Positions 28,308 to 39,325 are shown, counted from the stretch's first letter. The stretch is DNA of 64,000 nt from Dictyostelium discoideum (GCA_000004695.1 CM000155.2:1344001-1408000), one strand, 5' to 3'. Made by a program: numbers and translations. The notes: generated by a model not told the origin, from the sequence alone.

Positions 28308-29349
28308 TTAAAATAAGTGATGGAAATCAATTGATTTTGGTGAATCATTAGTGGCTCTTGAAAATGATGTTGTTTTTGTTGATGTTTTTGTGGTTGTTTT
28401 GATAAGGTCTGGATTTGGTGTTTCATGTTCTCTATGATGATATTTTTTATTATTATTATTATTATTTAGATGTGGATTATTTTTAGTAATTCTCATTGAT
28501 GGAGCTTGTTGGTTATCACCAAAATATTCTTTATTTTCTAGTTCTTCTTCATTTGCAAATAAACCTTGTTCTTCTTTATTTTCATTTTCATCTTTTGGTT
28601 TAACATCCCAACATTGTGATGGTAATTGGAATTTATCATAATGTGGTTTATTTTCATATCTATAATAATTTAAAAGTGAGAAACCTAGATTTGATTTATC
28701 TTTGTTACCGAAATTGGCAGACATAAGGGTACATGTATCTTTTTGAATTAGAATACAAGATCTGGTTACATTGCATTGTTGTTTACCTTTGACAATCCAT
28801 ACATCAACATCGGTTTGACCAATTTTTGTAGTTCCTACTTTTTTGAATTTTGGAAGTTTATCTGGGAATGGGAATTGTAATTTCATTGCAACACAGCTTG
28901 AATTGTTTACAACATATTGGGTTTGATTTTTACCATAGGCATAGTATTGTCCCCATGTTGTGAAATTTTTTGCAACAATACCATAGTGGACATACATTTG
29001 TTGACCTTTAATATCAGCAGTAACAACACCACCTTCATAAAATGAAACTGGAATAACTCCATATGGTGTTGGGAACATAGTATTATAAGCAGACAAAGCA
29101 AATTCTGATATTTAAATTTAAAATAATAAAAAAAAAAAAAAAAAAAAAAAATTAATATGTTATTATTAATTTGTTTTTTTTAAAATATATTTTTATTTTA
29201 CCTGTATAATAACCAGTTAAATTTTTCCAACATTTATGATGTTCAAATCCTTCATCAGATTCCCAATGTGAATCATCAATTGAATTAATATCAAATGATT
29301 TAATTACTCCAACTAAAATTATTAAAAAAATTAATAATGAAACTTTCAT
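28308..29349 (-). CDS. Secreted protein of unknown function (signal peptide, Cys-containing, acidic/basic C-terminal tail).
   Basis: Structure: join(29349..29202,29104..28308). Exon 1 gives 'MKVSLLIFLIILVGVIKSFDINS...CWKNLTGYYT'. The intron is 97 nt, GTAAAAT...ATATCAG (29201..29105), phase 1. Exon 2 continues 'EFALSAYNTMFPTPYG...' as ORF 28308-29096. Confidence 0.55.
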
Positions 29350-30084
29350 TCTTATAAATTATTTTAAATTATAATGAAAAAGAAAAAAAAAATGTTAATT
29401 ATTTATATCACCAAAAATATTTTAATAATAAAAAAAAAAAAAAAAAAAAAAATTAAAATTAAATATAGTTTTGTTTGGGGTTAACATAAGTGGTTATAAA
29501 CCCCATTTTTTAGAAAAAAAAACAAAATAAATAAAAAAAAAATAATAATCATTTTTTTTTTTTAATGTTTTAATGTAACCACCATCTTATATTTTCAAAT
29601 AATAATCAGAGTTTTTTTTTTTTCCTTTTTTAAATTTTAGTATTTTTAATTGGGAAAAAAAAAAAAGGTTTGGAATGGCAAAAAAAAAAGAATAAAGTTT
29701 TTGTTAATTAAAAATTCTTTCTTACTTTATTTTTTATTTTTTAATTTACTTTCAAATATTTATTTGATAAATGCCAATTATTTCCAGAGCTTACACAAAT
29801 TAAAATTGTATTTTTTAATTTTTATTTTTTATTATTTTTGTTTTTTTTTTTTTTTTTGTTCTTTAAATTTATATATAAAATTCACTTATATTTATTAATT
29901 AATTAATTTAATATTATGAGATTTATTAAAATAATTAAGTATACATGTTAATGAATTAATAAATAATCAATAGTTATTATAAGTAATGAAAACACTTTTG
30001 AAAAATTATTTTTTTTTGTTTTTAATGTGGAATAAAATTTTTTTGCGAGGTGAGCAACCTATTTTCGATCGAAAAATATAAAAA

Positions 30085-30157
30085 GCTCGATTAGCTCAGT
30101 CGGCAGAGCGTGGTGCTAATAACGCCACGGTCGCAGGTTCGATCCCTGCATCGAGCA
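30085..30157 (+). tRNA. tRNA-Ile, anticodon AAU (DNA AAT), 73 nt, no intron.
   Basis: Cloverleaf read by hand:
- acceptor GCTCGAT / ATCGAGC, discriminator A
- D-stem GCTC/GAGC
- anticodon stem TGGTG/CGCCA with loop C-T-AAT-A-A
- T-arm GCAGG TTCGATC CCTGC, with internal B box GGTTCGATCCC. Confidence 0.9.
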
Positions 30158-30189
30158 AGCATTTTCTTAAAATTCATAAAAACATCGTT

Positions 30190-30200
30190 GGTTCGATTCC
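30190..30200 (+). promoter_or_regulatory. External B box (exB, extra TFIIIC-binding B-box copy) downstream of the tRNA gene.
   Basis: GGTTCGATTCC lies 33 nt after the tRNA 3' end and nearly matches the internal B box GGTTCGATCCC. Dictyostelium tRNA genes often carry such an exB. Confidence 0.7.
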
Positions 30201-30346
30201 GAGAGAAAAAACTAAGAAATAAACGAGAATTTATACATATAATAAATAAATCACTGTTATATCTTCACCGCCACATTCATTCCTCTTAATTTTACCCTAT
30301 TTTTGCTCATTAAAGAAAGGGCTATCGTCCTATATACTTTTCAACA

Positions 30347-31555
30347 ATGGCTGATGATCACTCAACTGAATTACAGTTAAATCATACAGATAACAACACA
30401 ACCAATACAAATAATACCTTCACAACCTCAACAACAAAAAACAAAAGTGTAAAAATCGACACACCTAAAAAACAAACCCCAACAAACCAACTTTTACTAA
30501 ACAAAGGACTTGATAATCAATTAGATATCATTGCACCTCCATCAATCACAAGACCACTCTCTTTCTTAGAAAAAAACAATAACACCATCAACATTAAGTG
30601 TTACTTTAATCAACCACTCATCCGTGAAGAATTAACCTCAAAAGATGACACAAGAATTCAACAAATTCACAAAAACATTCACAAACTCTTCGAAGATATA
30701 CTGTCGCCATCAGCATTCAAAATAATTGGTGCAACTGCCTTCGTAAATTGCAACGTTGATAAATTAACTTCAATAATCAACCTTCAAAACCAACTTGCAC
30801 TAAATATCGACAAACTCAACTATAGATTCGATATATCATCAAATGATTATGCAATCATTAAAACATTCATTAAAACGTACTCACCCAAACATGCAAACGA
30901 TGCAATTACAAACAACCTCACTAAATTCACCAGTTGTACATCAATTGAATCATTTACTGTCACATACTCATATGCTGTTGCGTTTAAAAGCTACATTATA
31001 ACATATCATCTAATTGATCACACACACAACATTGTTGATCAAAAGATCGAACAACCATCTGGTATCACAAGATATATCAAAGCTGCAACACGTAGTGTCA
31101 CTAAACACAAAATTCAACATGCAAAAAATGCAGATATGGCAACAACTATAAAAAATGCCATCACAAACCCAAACATGAACAAAAACAATCAACCACCAAA
31201 AAACAACATTAACACCCCACCAATCAACGAAATTGCAAATTCCAATCGCAATAATAACTCACTTCAAAATAGTGGTTCAAAAGCTATACTAAATGAATCA
31301 CTTGATATTAACAATCAATCCCAAAACAATAATGAAATTTCACACAAAAGTGATTCTTCAAATAATAATAACGGGAAAAACTCATTATCAATGAGCAATC
31401 CAACCGATCCAACAATTGTACCACAAAAACCTCTACAATCTCAACCAAACAAACCAAGTGCACCAACTCCAAATACAATAAATACAAGAAGAAGCAGCAA
31501 TGCCCTGACTACACAACCAGTCAATACTGGTGCTGCCAAACCTAGTAAGGTATGA
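30347..31555 (+). CDS. TRE3 ORF1 protein (402 aa).
   Basis: ORF-track entry. It precedes and overlaps ORF2 by 4 nt, the typical TRE/L1-like arrangement. Confidence 0.7.
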   Translation: MADDHSTELQLNHTDNNTTNTNNTFTTSTTKNKSVKIDTPKKQTPTNQLLLNKGLDNQLDIIAPPSITRPLSFLEKNNNTINIKCYFNQPLIREELTSKDDTRIQQIHKNIHKLFEDILSPSAFKIIGATAFVNCNVDKLTSIINLQNQLALNIDKLNYRFDISSNDYAIIKTFIKTYSPKHANDAITNNLTKFTSCTSIESFTVTYSYAVAFKSYIITYHLIDHTHNIVDQKIEQPSGITRYIKAATRSVTKHKIQHAKNADMATTIKNAITNPNMNKNNQPPKNNINTPPINEIANSNRNNNSLQNSGSKAILNESLDINNQSQNNNEISHKSDSSNNNNGKNSLSMSNPTDPTIVPQKPLQSQPNKPSAPTPNTINTRRSSNALTTQPVNTGAAKPSKV

Positions 31556-34288
31556 GCTCAAAAATCAACTTTATAACATGGAATTGTAGAGGATTCACTG
31601 AAAACCCAAACAATCAACACAATTCCTACCAAAAAGCTGTTGACACACTACAACTACTTATTTCAAAACTTCCACCTCGTCCAACAATCTCAATACTCAC
31701 TGAACTCAATTCATCACCATTACAACTTAAACATGATTTTCCCGATCACATCATCTCTGTCACCAAACGAGGAAATGGTGTAATCATCATTAACCATAAC
31801 CCAAACACACTCAAACTCAAACACATATCAACAATTGATGGTAGAGCTATTTTAGCAGACGTTATATTTCCAAATCAATTACCAATTGGTATTCTTGGAA
31901 TTTACGCACCAGCATCAAATAATACCATCAAAAAGAATTCATATGCAACTTCACTACAAACACTTCTCCACAACCACTCAACAAACCCAATACCAAACCA
32001 ATCCCAACATGTATCTATTATCGCAGGAGATTTCAACTGTATCCACAACGACAATTCACTATTAGACGATATTATCCAATCCTACACATACCAACACCAT
32101 CTAATTGATCAAGGTGAATTTAAAAACACTCCAACTCATACACATGGCAACAGATTAGATAGAATATATACTCAATACAATAGAATAGACCCTGAAAATA
32201 TATATACACAAGTCCACCAAATTCCATCTTCATTATCAGATCATAATCCAATATCAACAACAATTTCTTCACCTTTTCAAATAAATAAACATAAGAAAAG
32301 ATGGATATTATCACCTGGTACTGCAAATGACCATGAAGCAATCAATATTATCAATCATTTAATAACTAATCACAATAACACATCAATCAATCAATTTACA
32401 AACTGGTCAAAAGTAAAATCAAAAATTATTAAAACTCTAAAAAACTATCAATATAACAAAGACAAACAAACTCAACGTGCAAAACAAATACTATTAGAAA
32501 AAGCAGCAAAATTCAAACATCTTGAAGAACAATGCATCGCTGAATACAATATTATATGTAACAAAAACAAATTACATCAAAACCACACAAACATATTAAA
32601 AAAACATATAAATTTAGAAATACCTAGCAAGTATCTATCAGCAATACTAAACAAAAGATCAAAAGATGCAAAAATTGAATCAATCCAATATGGTAACATC
32701 ATTACATCCGACCCCGACCAAATTGAAAATGCGTTTGTTGAATTCTACACAAATCTATATAGCTTACAAATATGTTGTCCAATTACTCACCAGCTCATGC
32801 TAAACACATGGCCCATCATAAAAAATGAATATTGGAATGGTTTAGACTCACCATTTATACAAGATGAAGTTGAAGCTGCAATTAAAACCTGTAACCCCAA
32901 CAAATCACCCGGTCCAGATGGCGTTACAAATGCATTCTACATTAATCATCTAAACCAAGTTAAACCAATTCTCACTACATTATTCAACGATATACTAGAA
33001 AATCCTCACCACATCACAACAGAATTCACAGAAGGTCTTATACACACAATATACAAGAAAGGCAACCCCTTACTCATATCAAATCGTCGTCCCATTACAC
33101 TTCTAAACACTGATTACAAGATCCTCTCCAAAGTAATCAATGCACGTCTTCTGAGAATACTTCCTTTCATCATCAACAACAACCAAACTGGTTTCGTACC
33201 CCACAGATTCATCATAGACAACATCATCAACATCAATGAATTAATCAACTACCTCAAATCTAAAAACCTCCCTGGTATCATCACACTATTTGACTTCTTT
33301 AAAGCATTTGACTCTATCTCTCACGATAGTATTAAAAGAACATTAATTCATATTGGTATACCAATAAAATTAATAAATTTAATCCACAAGCTATTATCTG
33401 ACTCACAAGCAAAAATTTCAATTAATGGTAAAACGACCAGAAAATTCGATATTAAAAGAGGTGTAAAACAAGGTGACCCAATCTCAGCCACTTTATTTGT
33501 AATTGTAATTGAAATATTAGCAAGAACAATAAATGCAGACAATTCAATAATTGGATTACCAATTTCACCCAATCCACAAATTAAAATCAAATTTACCCAA
33601 TTTGCAGACGACTCTACAACATACAACATCAACTACGAACAACAACAACAATCAATCAAACATTTCGATAATTTCTGCGCTTCAACATCATCATCTTTAA
33701 ATTTTGACAAAAGTGCAATAATAGAAATCAACCCCCACAAAATCACTGATAAACACATAATAAACAACATTCCACAATCAAAAAGAATTCCAATAACCAA
33801 AAAAGATCAATCAGAAAGAGTTCTTGGCTATTTCTTTAATCATAATGGTTTACATAGGAAATTACCAGAAACAATGAAAACACTGATTAAATCATTAGTG
33901 CTATGGAAAACTAGTGGCACAACATTAAAAACAAAAACAACCATCATAAACACCTACTCACTATCACCAATAACATATTTATCATACCTTGAAGAATTTA
34001 CAAAAGATGAAGAAATTCAAATTAATAAATTAATCTCATGGTTTATGAATTCTCCCGCAAATTCTGAATCACCAACTCTCGATACCAATTCCATTGAAAA
34101 CAACACATCAACCATCCATTCACGTGCAAAAATACCTTTGATGTGTTATGATAGATCATTAAAACCATTAAAAGAAGGAGGTTGGGGTATGTGGAATATC
34201 CAATTACGACAAGTTGCTCAAAAGATTTGGATATACAACAGATTTTTACAAATGCATAAATCTGCAAACAATTCAATATACATGATAA
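31552..34288 (+). CDS. TRE3 ORF2 (APE endonuclease + reverse transcriptase). 3'-partial, truncated by the N gap.
   Basis: 957-aa ORF running into NNN. EN motifs sit at the N-terminus. The RT region reads 'SNRRPITLLNTDYKILSKVINARL...' and 'KFTQFADDSTTYN'. Confidence 0.75.
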
Positions 34289-34388
34289 NNNNNNNNNNNN
34301 NNNNNNNNNNNNNNNNNNNNNNNNNNNNNNNNNNNNNNNNNNNNNNNNNNNNNNNNNNNNNNNNNNNNNNNNNNNNNNNNNNNNNNNN
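34289..34388. other. Assembly gap, 100 N.
   Basis: Run of n characters. It falls inside repeated-element DNA. Confidence 1.
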
Positions 34389-34431
34389 TAATTTTTTTTT
34401 TTTTTCATTTTTTTTTTCTAATTAATTTTTA

Positions 34432-34810
34432 TTAATTTATTTTTATTAACTCCCTGAGTTGTTCAATTGCTTGATTTACCATATCACTGTAAACACTGCA
34501 CACAATTGAATTTTTTCTAGCTTTGTTACCTCTGGTGCATTTGATGTTTTTGCATTTTCCTTTGTATACAAAAAAGTCCAAATATAATTCGTTTTCTATT
34601 ACAGTTTTTACACAATGTTGGTGAAATTGTTTTGATTTTAATTCTAATGCTTCTAACATCATATTTGGATTTTTAACGATTAAAGCATCACCACTATTTA
34701 CATATAGTACTTTGGCTGCTTTTTCGAGGAATTTAGTCAAATTTTCCTCTGAATCTAACTATTCTTCATTGCCATATTCAATGGCTAAATTTCTTAAGAG
34801 TTTTATCGAA
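34432..34810 (-). pseudogene. ORF of unknown function, interrupted by an in-frame TAG. Possibly the second or terminal ORF of the adjacent DNA transposon.
   Basis: ORF 34432-34740(-) gives 'LDSEENLTKFLEKAAKV...CKNIKCTRGNKARKNSIVC...'. The same frame continues upstream as 'MIEELIDSIKLLRNLAIEYGNEE' and is separated only by a TAG at 34741-34743. It lies between the N gap and the integrase gene. Confidence 0.3.
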
Positions 34811-35066
34811 TCTATTAATTCTTCGATCATTCTTTTTTTTTGAAATTTTTTTTTATTTTGTTTTTTCAATTTTTTTTTTTTATTTTGTTTTTTCAATTTT
34901 TTTTAAGTTTTATTTTTTTTTATTTTTTTTTATTTTTTTTAACAAATGTAATTTTTTTTTATTTTTTTCAATTTTTTTTTTTTTTTAATTTTTAATTTTT
35001 TTTTTTTTTTTTAATTTTTTGTGTTGATTTGTGTTTTTTTTGTTTTTTTGATTTGGCCACTTGTTT

Positions 35067-37360
35067 TTATTTTCTAATTTCCCCATACCCCCTTCTATTA
35101 ATTGCAACCAAATCAAGTTCTAATTTTTGTGTCCTTGTTAACTTTGTTTTTGCAACTTTTTTTGAAGGTATCACATTAACGATTTTTCCTATTGATGGTG
35201 ATTTGGAAGGTGATTTAAATGGTGATTTAAAAGGTGAATTGGAAGGTGATTTAAATGGTGAATTGGAAGGTGAAATGGATGGTGATTTGGAAGGTGATTT
35301 AAATGGTGATTTGGAAGGTGATTTAAATGGTGATTTAAATGGTGAATTGGAAGGTGAAATGGATGGTGATTTGAGAGGTGATTTGGATGGTTTAGAATGT
35401 GATTTTAAAGGAGGTTTATTAACAATTGGTATCTTATGAGGACGGCCTCTGAGACGTTTAACAGTTGTTACTATACCACTACCAGATTGTGGTATAGTAT
35501 ACGATGGTATTATTTGCACTTGAGGTATTGGTGGTACTATTTCTTTTAAATTCATATCCTTTCTCAAACAATTCATTAAATTTGGCGCTGTTGGATTATT
35601 ATTTAAAAATGGGAGTATTTCTTCTTGTTCCATTTCATTATTGAGTTTGTGTTGAAATGGATTATCGTTAATGATAGGTGGAATATTTGATGGATTGTTA
35701 AGAGCATCTTCCAAAACCCTAAATGGATCATTTTGTGTTACCAATTGATGCAAGTTGAAATTGGATAAATCCTTACCAAGATTTTTAATAAACTGAACCA
35801 GAAATTCAATAACTTTCCCATCATTATTTAAATAAAGACCAGAAGTAAAAGAATCAATATCTTTTTGTATGTTTGGCGATGTTCTAAAAATATCAACTGT
35901 TGATTGTTTATAAAGAACCAACTTGTTACCTCCTACAAAACCAGAGTATAAACCTTTTTTTTGAAGGCTATTGATTCCATCTTCCAAAAATTCAAGTTTA
36001 TAAAGTTGTTTAGTGTCTTCCTGTATTACCTTATGAATTTTACACAAAATCAATATTTTCTATTAGAATTAAATATAAAATTTGTTAATTATTACTGTTT
36101 CATATATTATTAATCTTTATGTTTTAATTACTTACATTATTTTTTTTAATTTCTAGAAAGAGTACAGTATCACCAACTTTCAATCCCTTTGGTGGTTTTG
36201 AATTCCATTGATTTTGGTAACTTGTGAGATTTTCAAGAATAATAGCTGTTCTTTCTTCTTTTGAAACATCTGAAACACCAATTGATTGAGAGTCTTGTTC
36301 TGATTGAACATTAATAAACAAAGGAACAATACCAACAGCTTGAGATGGTTTCATTTTAATTGTTCTTGTTTTTGTATTATTGTAATCATACAAAGCTTGT
36401 TTTAATAGTTCAGAAAGAGACCTAGAAGTACCATCAAGAAAACTAAAATTTATTTATAAATGATTAATTAATAAACATATCGATAATTTATATTGTTCAC
36501 AATATCATACTCTTGTTGTTTTAATTTTGAGATCCTCTCCTTGATAGTTCGATTCAATCTTTCTACCATACCTTGAGTTGTTGGTGTACGAGGAGCTCCA
36601 TGTGCTGACTTGGAGCCTGGAAAAAGTTTTAGGAATTCTTTTTGGACTTTGTTTTTAAATTCACGTCCATTATCGCAGTGCCATACTTTCACAGGTTTGC
36701 CAAAGTACGTGAGAGCCAAAAAATTGTATATGGGAACTGTTCTCTTTGTTGTCAAACATCTAAAAAATAAATGATAATTAAAATAAAAAAAGAAAACTAA
36801 TAAATTAATAAATAAAAAATAAATACCTTCCAGTAGCAAATTTTGTAAAAGAATCTATGCATAGAATAATGTAAACAACATCGGTGTCGTACGGTTGTAC
36901 AGAGTCATATTGGATAAGATCATCTAGTTTAGTTAGTATCTTTTCATTATCATCATCGTATGTAACTTTTTCTTTATGTTCACCTTTAATTGATGTTAAA
37001 TCATAAACCAATCTTGAGTATTCCTCGGTATCTACAATTGGAGCAAAATCCTTTGTTATACCTATTAATTTATTTAAATTATTAAAAGAGTTTTAATATA
37101 AAAGTTACAAAACATCATATAAAAATGATTGATACCAAACCTTTTATTCTATTTCGTTGGCAAATGTCACACGTATCTACTGCATCAGATACAAAAGAAT
37201 ACAATCCCATATTATAATATTTAGTCTTGTAGTTCCCATAGGTTGCATCTCTTCCTATATGACCTTTATGCATTTCTTCCCAGAGTGATACCATTCTATA
37301 ATCATTAATTACTTCTAAACACACTTCTTTTGATATATTTCTATCTCCGCCACAATTCAT
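35067..37360 (-). CDS. Retroviral/Ty3-type integrase-like protein (probable transposase), 667 aa, five exons: N-terminal HHCC zinc finger, D,D(35)E catalytic core, C-terminal AT-hook and SPxK repeats.
   Basis: Structure: join(37360..37141,37061..36827,36759..36511,36442..36136,36059..35067). The four introns are 79, 67, 68 and 76 nt. Their donors are GTTTGG, GTATTT, GTATGA and GTAAGT, all with AG acceptors and mutually consistent phases 1/2/2/0.
Residues:
- zinc finger 'HKGHIGRDATYGNYKTKYYNMGLYSFVSDAVDTCDICQRNRIK'
- core 'RLVYDLTSI...VYIILCIDSFTKFATGRCLTTKRT...VWHCDNGREFKN...HGAPRTPTTQGMVERLNRTIKE'
- AT-hook 'KRLRGRPHKIP'
- '(SPFKSPSKSP)n'
The ORF track shows the five pieces as separate overlapping ORFs in different frames. 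Confidence 0.75.
35204..35395. repeat. Tandem 12-bp repeat (GGTGATTTRRAW, about 16 units) encoding S-P-x-K-type repeats in the last exon of the integrase gene.
   Basis: On the plus strand 'ggtgatttaaat ggtgatttggaa ggtgaattggaa...' recurs. Minus-strand translation gives 'SPSKSPFKSPSNSPFKSP...', and the spurious plus-strand ORF 35029-35439 gives '(GDLEGDLN)n'. Confidence 0.9.
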
Positions 37361-37579
37361 GACTTTTTTTTCAATTCTAAATAATTTTTCTTTTCTGTTT
37401 CTGTTTTTTATTGGTCAGAATTTAAAAAATGATTGTGTTATTGTAAGGAAAAATATTTACTCATCATGTAAAAATTTATAATTTTTATGTTTAGTATTTT
37501 CAAAATTATTATCTTCAATAAATTTTAAATAATTTATAATTTCATTTATTTTATCTTGTTTCATTTTGGGAAAATGAAA

Positions 37580-37614
<35 letters not shown>

Positions 37615-37810
37615 TGTTGGGGAAAAAAAAAAAAAGTTTTGGCGCAAAAAAAAAAAAAAAAATTAAATTAAAAAAAAAAAAAATTAAATTAAAAAAAAAA
37701 AAAAATAAAAAAACTTATATAGAACTAATAATCAAATAAAAGATAATAATTTAATAAACTTTATTTGTTTTTTGAAAAAAAAAAAATTTAGGGTCAGTGA
37801 TTTTTTTTTT

Positions 37811-37870
37811 TCACTACGCTACTGTAGTGAAATTAAATAATAAAATTCACTACGCTACTGTAGTGAAATT
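37811..37870. repeat. Two direct copies of the 24-bp TCACTACGCTACTGTAGTGAAATT, 12 bp apart. Each contains a 6-bp inverted repeat CACTAC...GTAGTG. Candidate transposon subterminal repeats or transposase-binding sites.
   Basis: Read directly: copy 1 at 37811-37834, copy 2 at 37847-37870. Confidence 0.85.
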
Positions 37871-37876
37871 TTATTG

Positions 37877-38979
37877 AAAATTCCCTACAACAATAATCAT
37901 ATTCAAAATTTAGATAAACAAATTGATATCAATAATAAGTTATTAAATGAATCAAATAATTTATTTAAACCATTAGAAGATAAACACACTGAAAATGTAA
38001 ATACAATCACAAAAGTATTTAAAGAACTCTCCAAATTATTACCAATCATTGAAATTGATAAAATCAAACAATTAGTAACACTCTATGATGAAAATAAAGA
38101 TATCAATACAAACATTTCAACCATTATACATGATAATTTAAATAATATTAATTTAATTACAAATAAATATAAAAATACAATAAATCAAATAAATATTGAT
38201 CAAATCATTAATAACAATAAAAATAATTATCAACATATTGAAATATTAAAACATTGTCATCAATCACAATTATTAATAAAAGATAATCAAAATGAAAATA
38301 AAATCAAAGAATTAATAAATCAATATAAAAATGTAAATATTGTAAATAATAGTAAACAAGTTAAAGAATCAATTAAAGAAATATTTGAAATTAGCGATTC
38401 TCTCTCTATTGCAAATGTAAAAGACCCAAAAAGAGTTACTGGTAAATATTTTAAAAAAATATAAATATAATAATAATTGTGGTATTTGTTTTATTTTAAT
38501 TATTAATATTAAATTATTTATTTAAAGTTACAGGAAAAGGATATTTTATTTATAAAAATGATTCTATCATTCCAAATGGTACTACTCATGTAGCGATTGC
38601 ACCAAGTGTTAGAACAATTAAAATAGGTTCAATTCCAACATCGATTCAATATTTGGTATTACTTGATGGATTTAATGTTCAACTAAAAGAAGGTATGCTA
38701 CCGCAATCAATTATATATCTATATGTTGGTGCAATTAAAAAACCATTGTTAAAAGGTTCAATACCAAATAGTGTTACTGGTTTGTTTTTATTAGATGGAT
38801 TTAATCAAGAAATAACTGAAATACCACAATCATCTTGTTTATACCTTTTTGATACTCCTTTGACAAATTTCCCATTTCAAAATCTAATTTACAGAAGCCC
38901 AAAATATAAACAACAACTCACTCACTCAAAGGTTGGTAATTGGGATGGTCGTAATTATGATCCTATAATTGAACTTTAA
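37877..38979 (+). pseudogene. 5'-truncated member of the B-box zinc-finger / FNIP-repeat protein family. It lacks the B-box and N-terminal region but keeps the coiled-coil part, the conserved intron and the FNIP-repeat exon.
   Basis: Structure: join(37877..38441,38528..38979). The ORF begins only at a TTG directly after the 24-bp repeats. It aligns with the intact paralogue from 'FQNLDHCLESIKE...' onwards ('IQNLDKQIDINNK...DPKRVTG' | 'VTGKGYFIYKNDSIIPNG...LLDGFNVQLKEG...LLDGFNQEITEIP'). There is no ATG and no B-box upstream. Confidence 0.6.
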
Positions 38980-39270
38980 AATATATTTATGTTTGGTAAT
39001 AACAAATGGAAATCCATCTATAAATTTCTCTTTTTTTTATTTCATTATTTTTTTAAAATTGTTTTAAAACGATAAATGAAGAAAAAAATTTATTTTAAAT
39101 TTCCACATTTAAGTTTACCACTTTTTTTATTTTGAACATAAAATTTATTTTCCAAAGAGTTAAATAAATCACATTATTATAAAATTACACATTTTTGTTT
39201 TATTTTTTTCCTTTTTGAGATAAAAATTGTTTTTTTTATATCTAAATATTATCATTAAAAATGAAACAAC

Positions 39271-39325
<55 letters not shown>

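Larger units (their letters stand above)
30245..34288 (+). mobile_element. TRE3-family tRNA-gene-targeted non-LTR (L1-like) retrotransposon, same orientation as the tRNA, about 90 bp downstream of it. The 3' end is lost in the assembly gap.
   Basis: Two overlapping ORFs with an ATGA overlap at 31552-31555. ORF2 has an APE-type endonuclease N-terminus ('ITWNCRGF...') and an RT with 'FADDSTTY' (YXDD-type box). A GC-normal 5' UTR starts about 30245. The position about 90-100 bp 3' of a tRNA gene and exB box fits TRE3 targeting. Confidence 0.75.
34389..37872 (-). mobile_element. Putative DNA transposon of the Tdd-4 / Ginger2-TDD type (cut-and-paste element that uses a retroviral-like integrase as transposase). 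The right end is marked by a 24-bp subterminal direct repeat. The left end is lost in the gap.
   Basis: The intron-bearing integrase gene is flanked at 37811-37870 by 2 x 'TCACTACGCTACTGTAGTGAAATT'. A neighbouring host gene is truncated exactly there. The segment between the gap and the repeats is about 3.5 kb, close to the size I recall for Tdd-4. No inverted copy of the repeat is visible to the left, presumably because it is in the gap. Confidence 0.45.

Noticed and set aside
35204-35395. Regular 12-bp direct repeats, superficially array-like
   Set aside because: Eukaryotic genome. The repeats are in frame inside an exon (SPxK units) and have no spacers. Not CRISPR.
35067-37360. Reading the integrase pieces as a frameshifted, decayed LTR-retrotransposon (Skipper/DGLT-A) pol fragment
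   Set aside because: All four breaks are bridged by canonical GT...AG introns of 67-79 nt with consistent phases, and the DDE triad is intact. This is an intron-bearing gene, not random decay.
37874-37876. ORF-track start of the 196-aa ORF at 37874
   Set aside because: The codon is TTG, not ATG. The gene is 5'-truncated rather than starting here.
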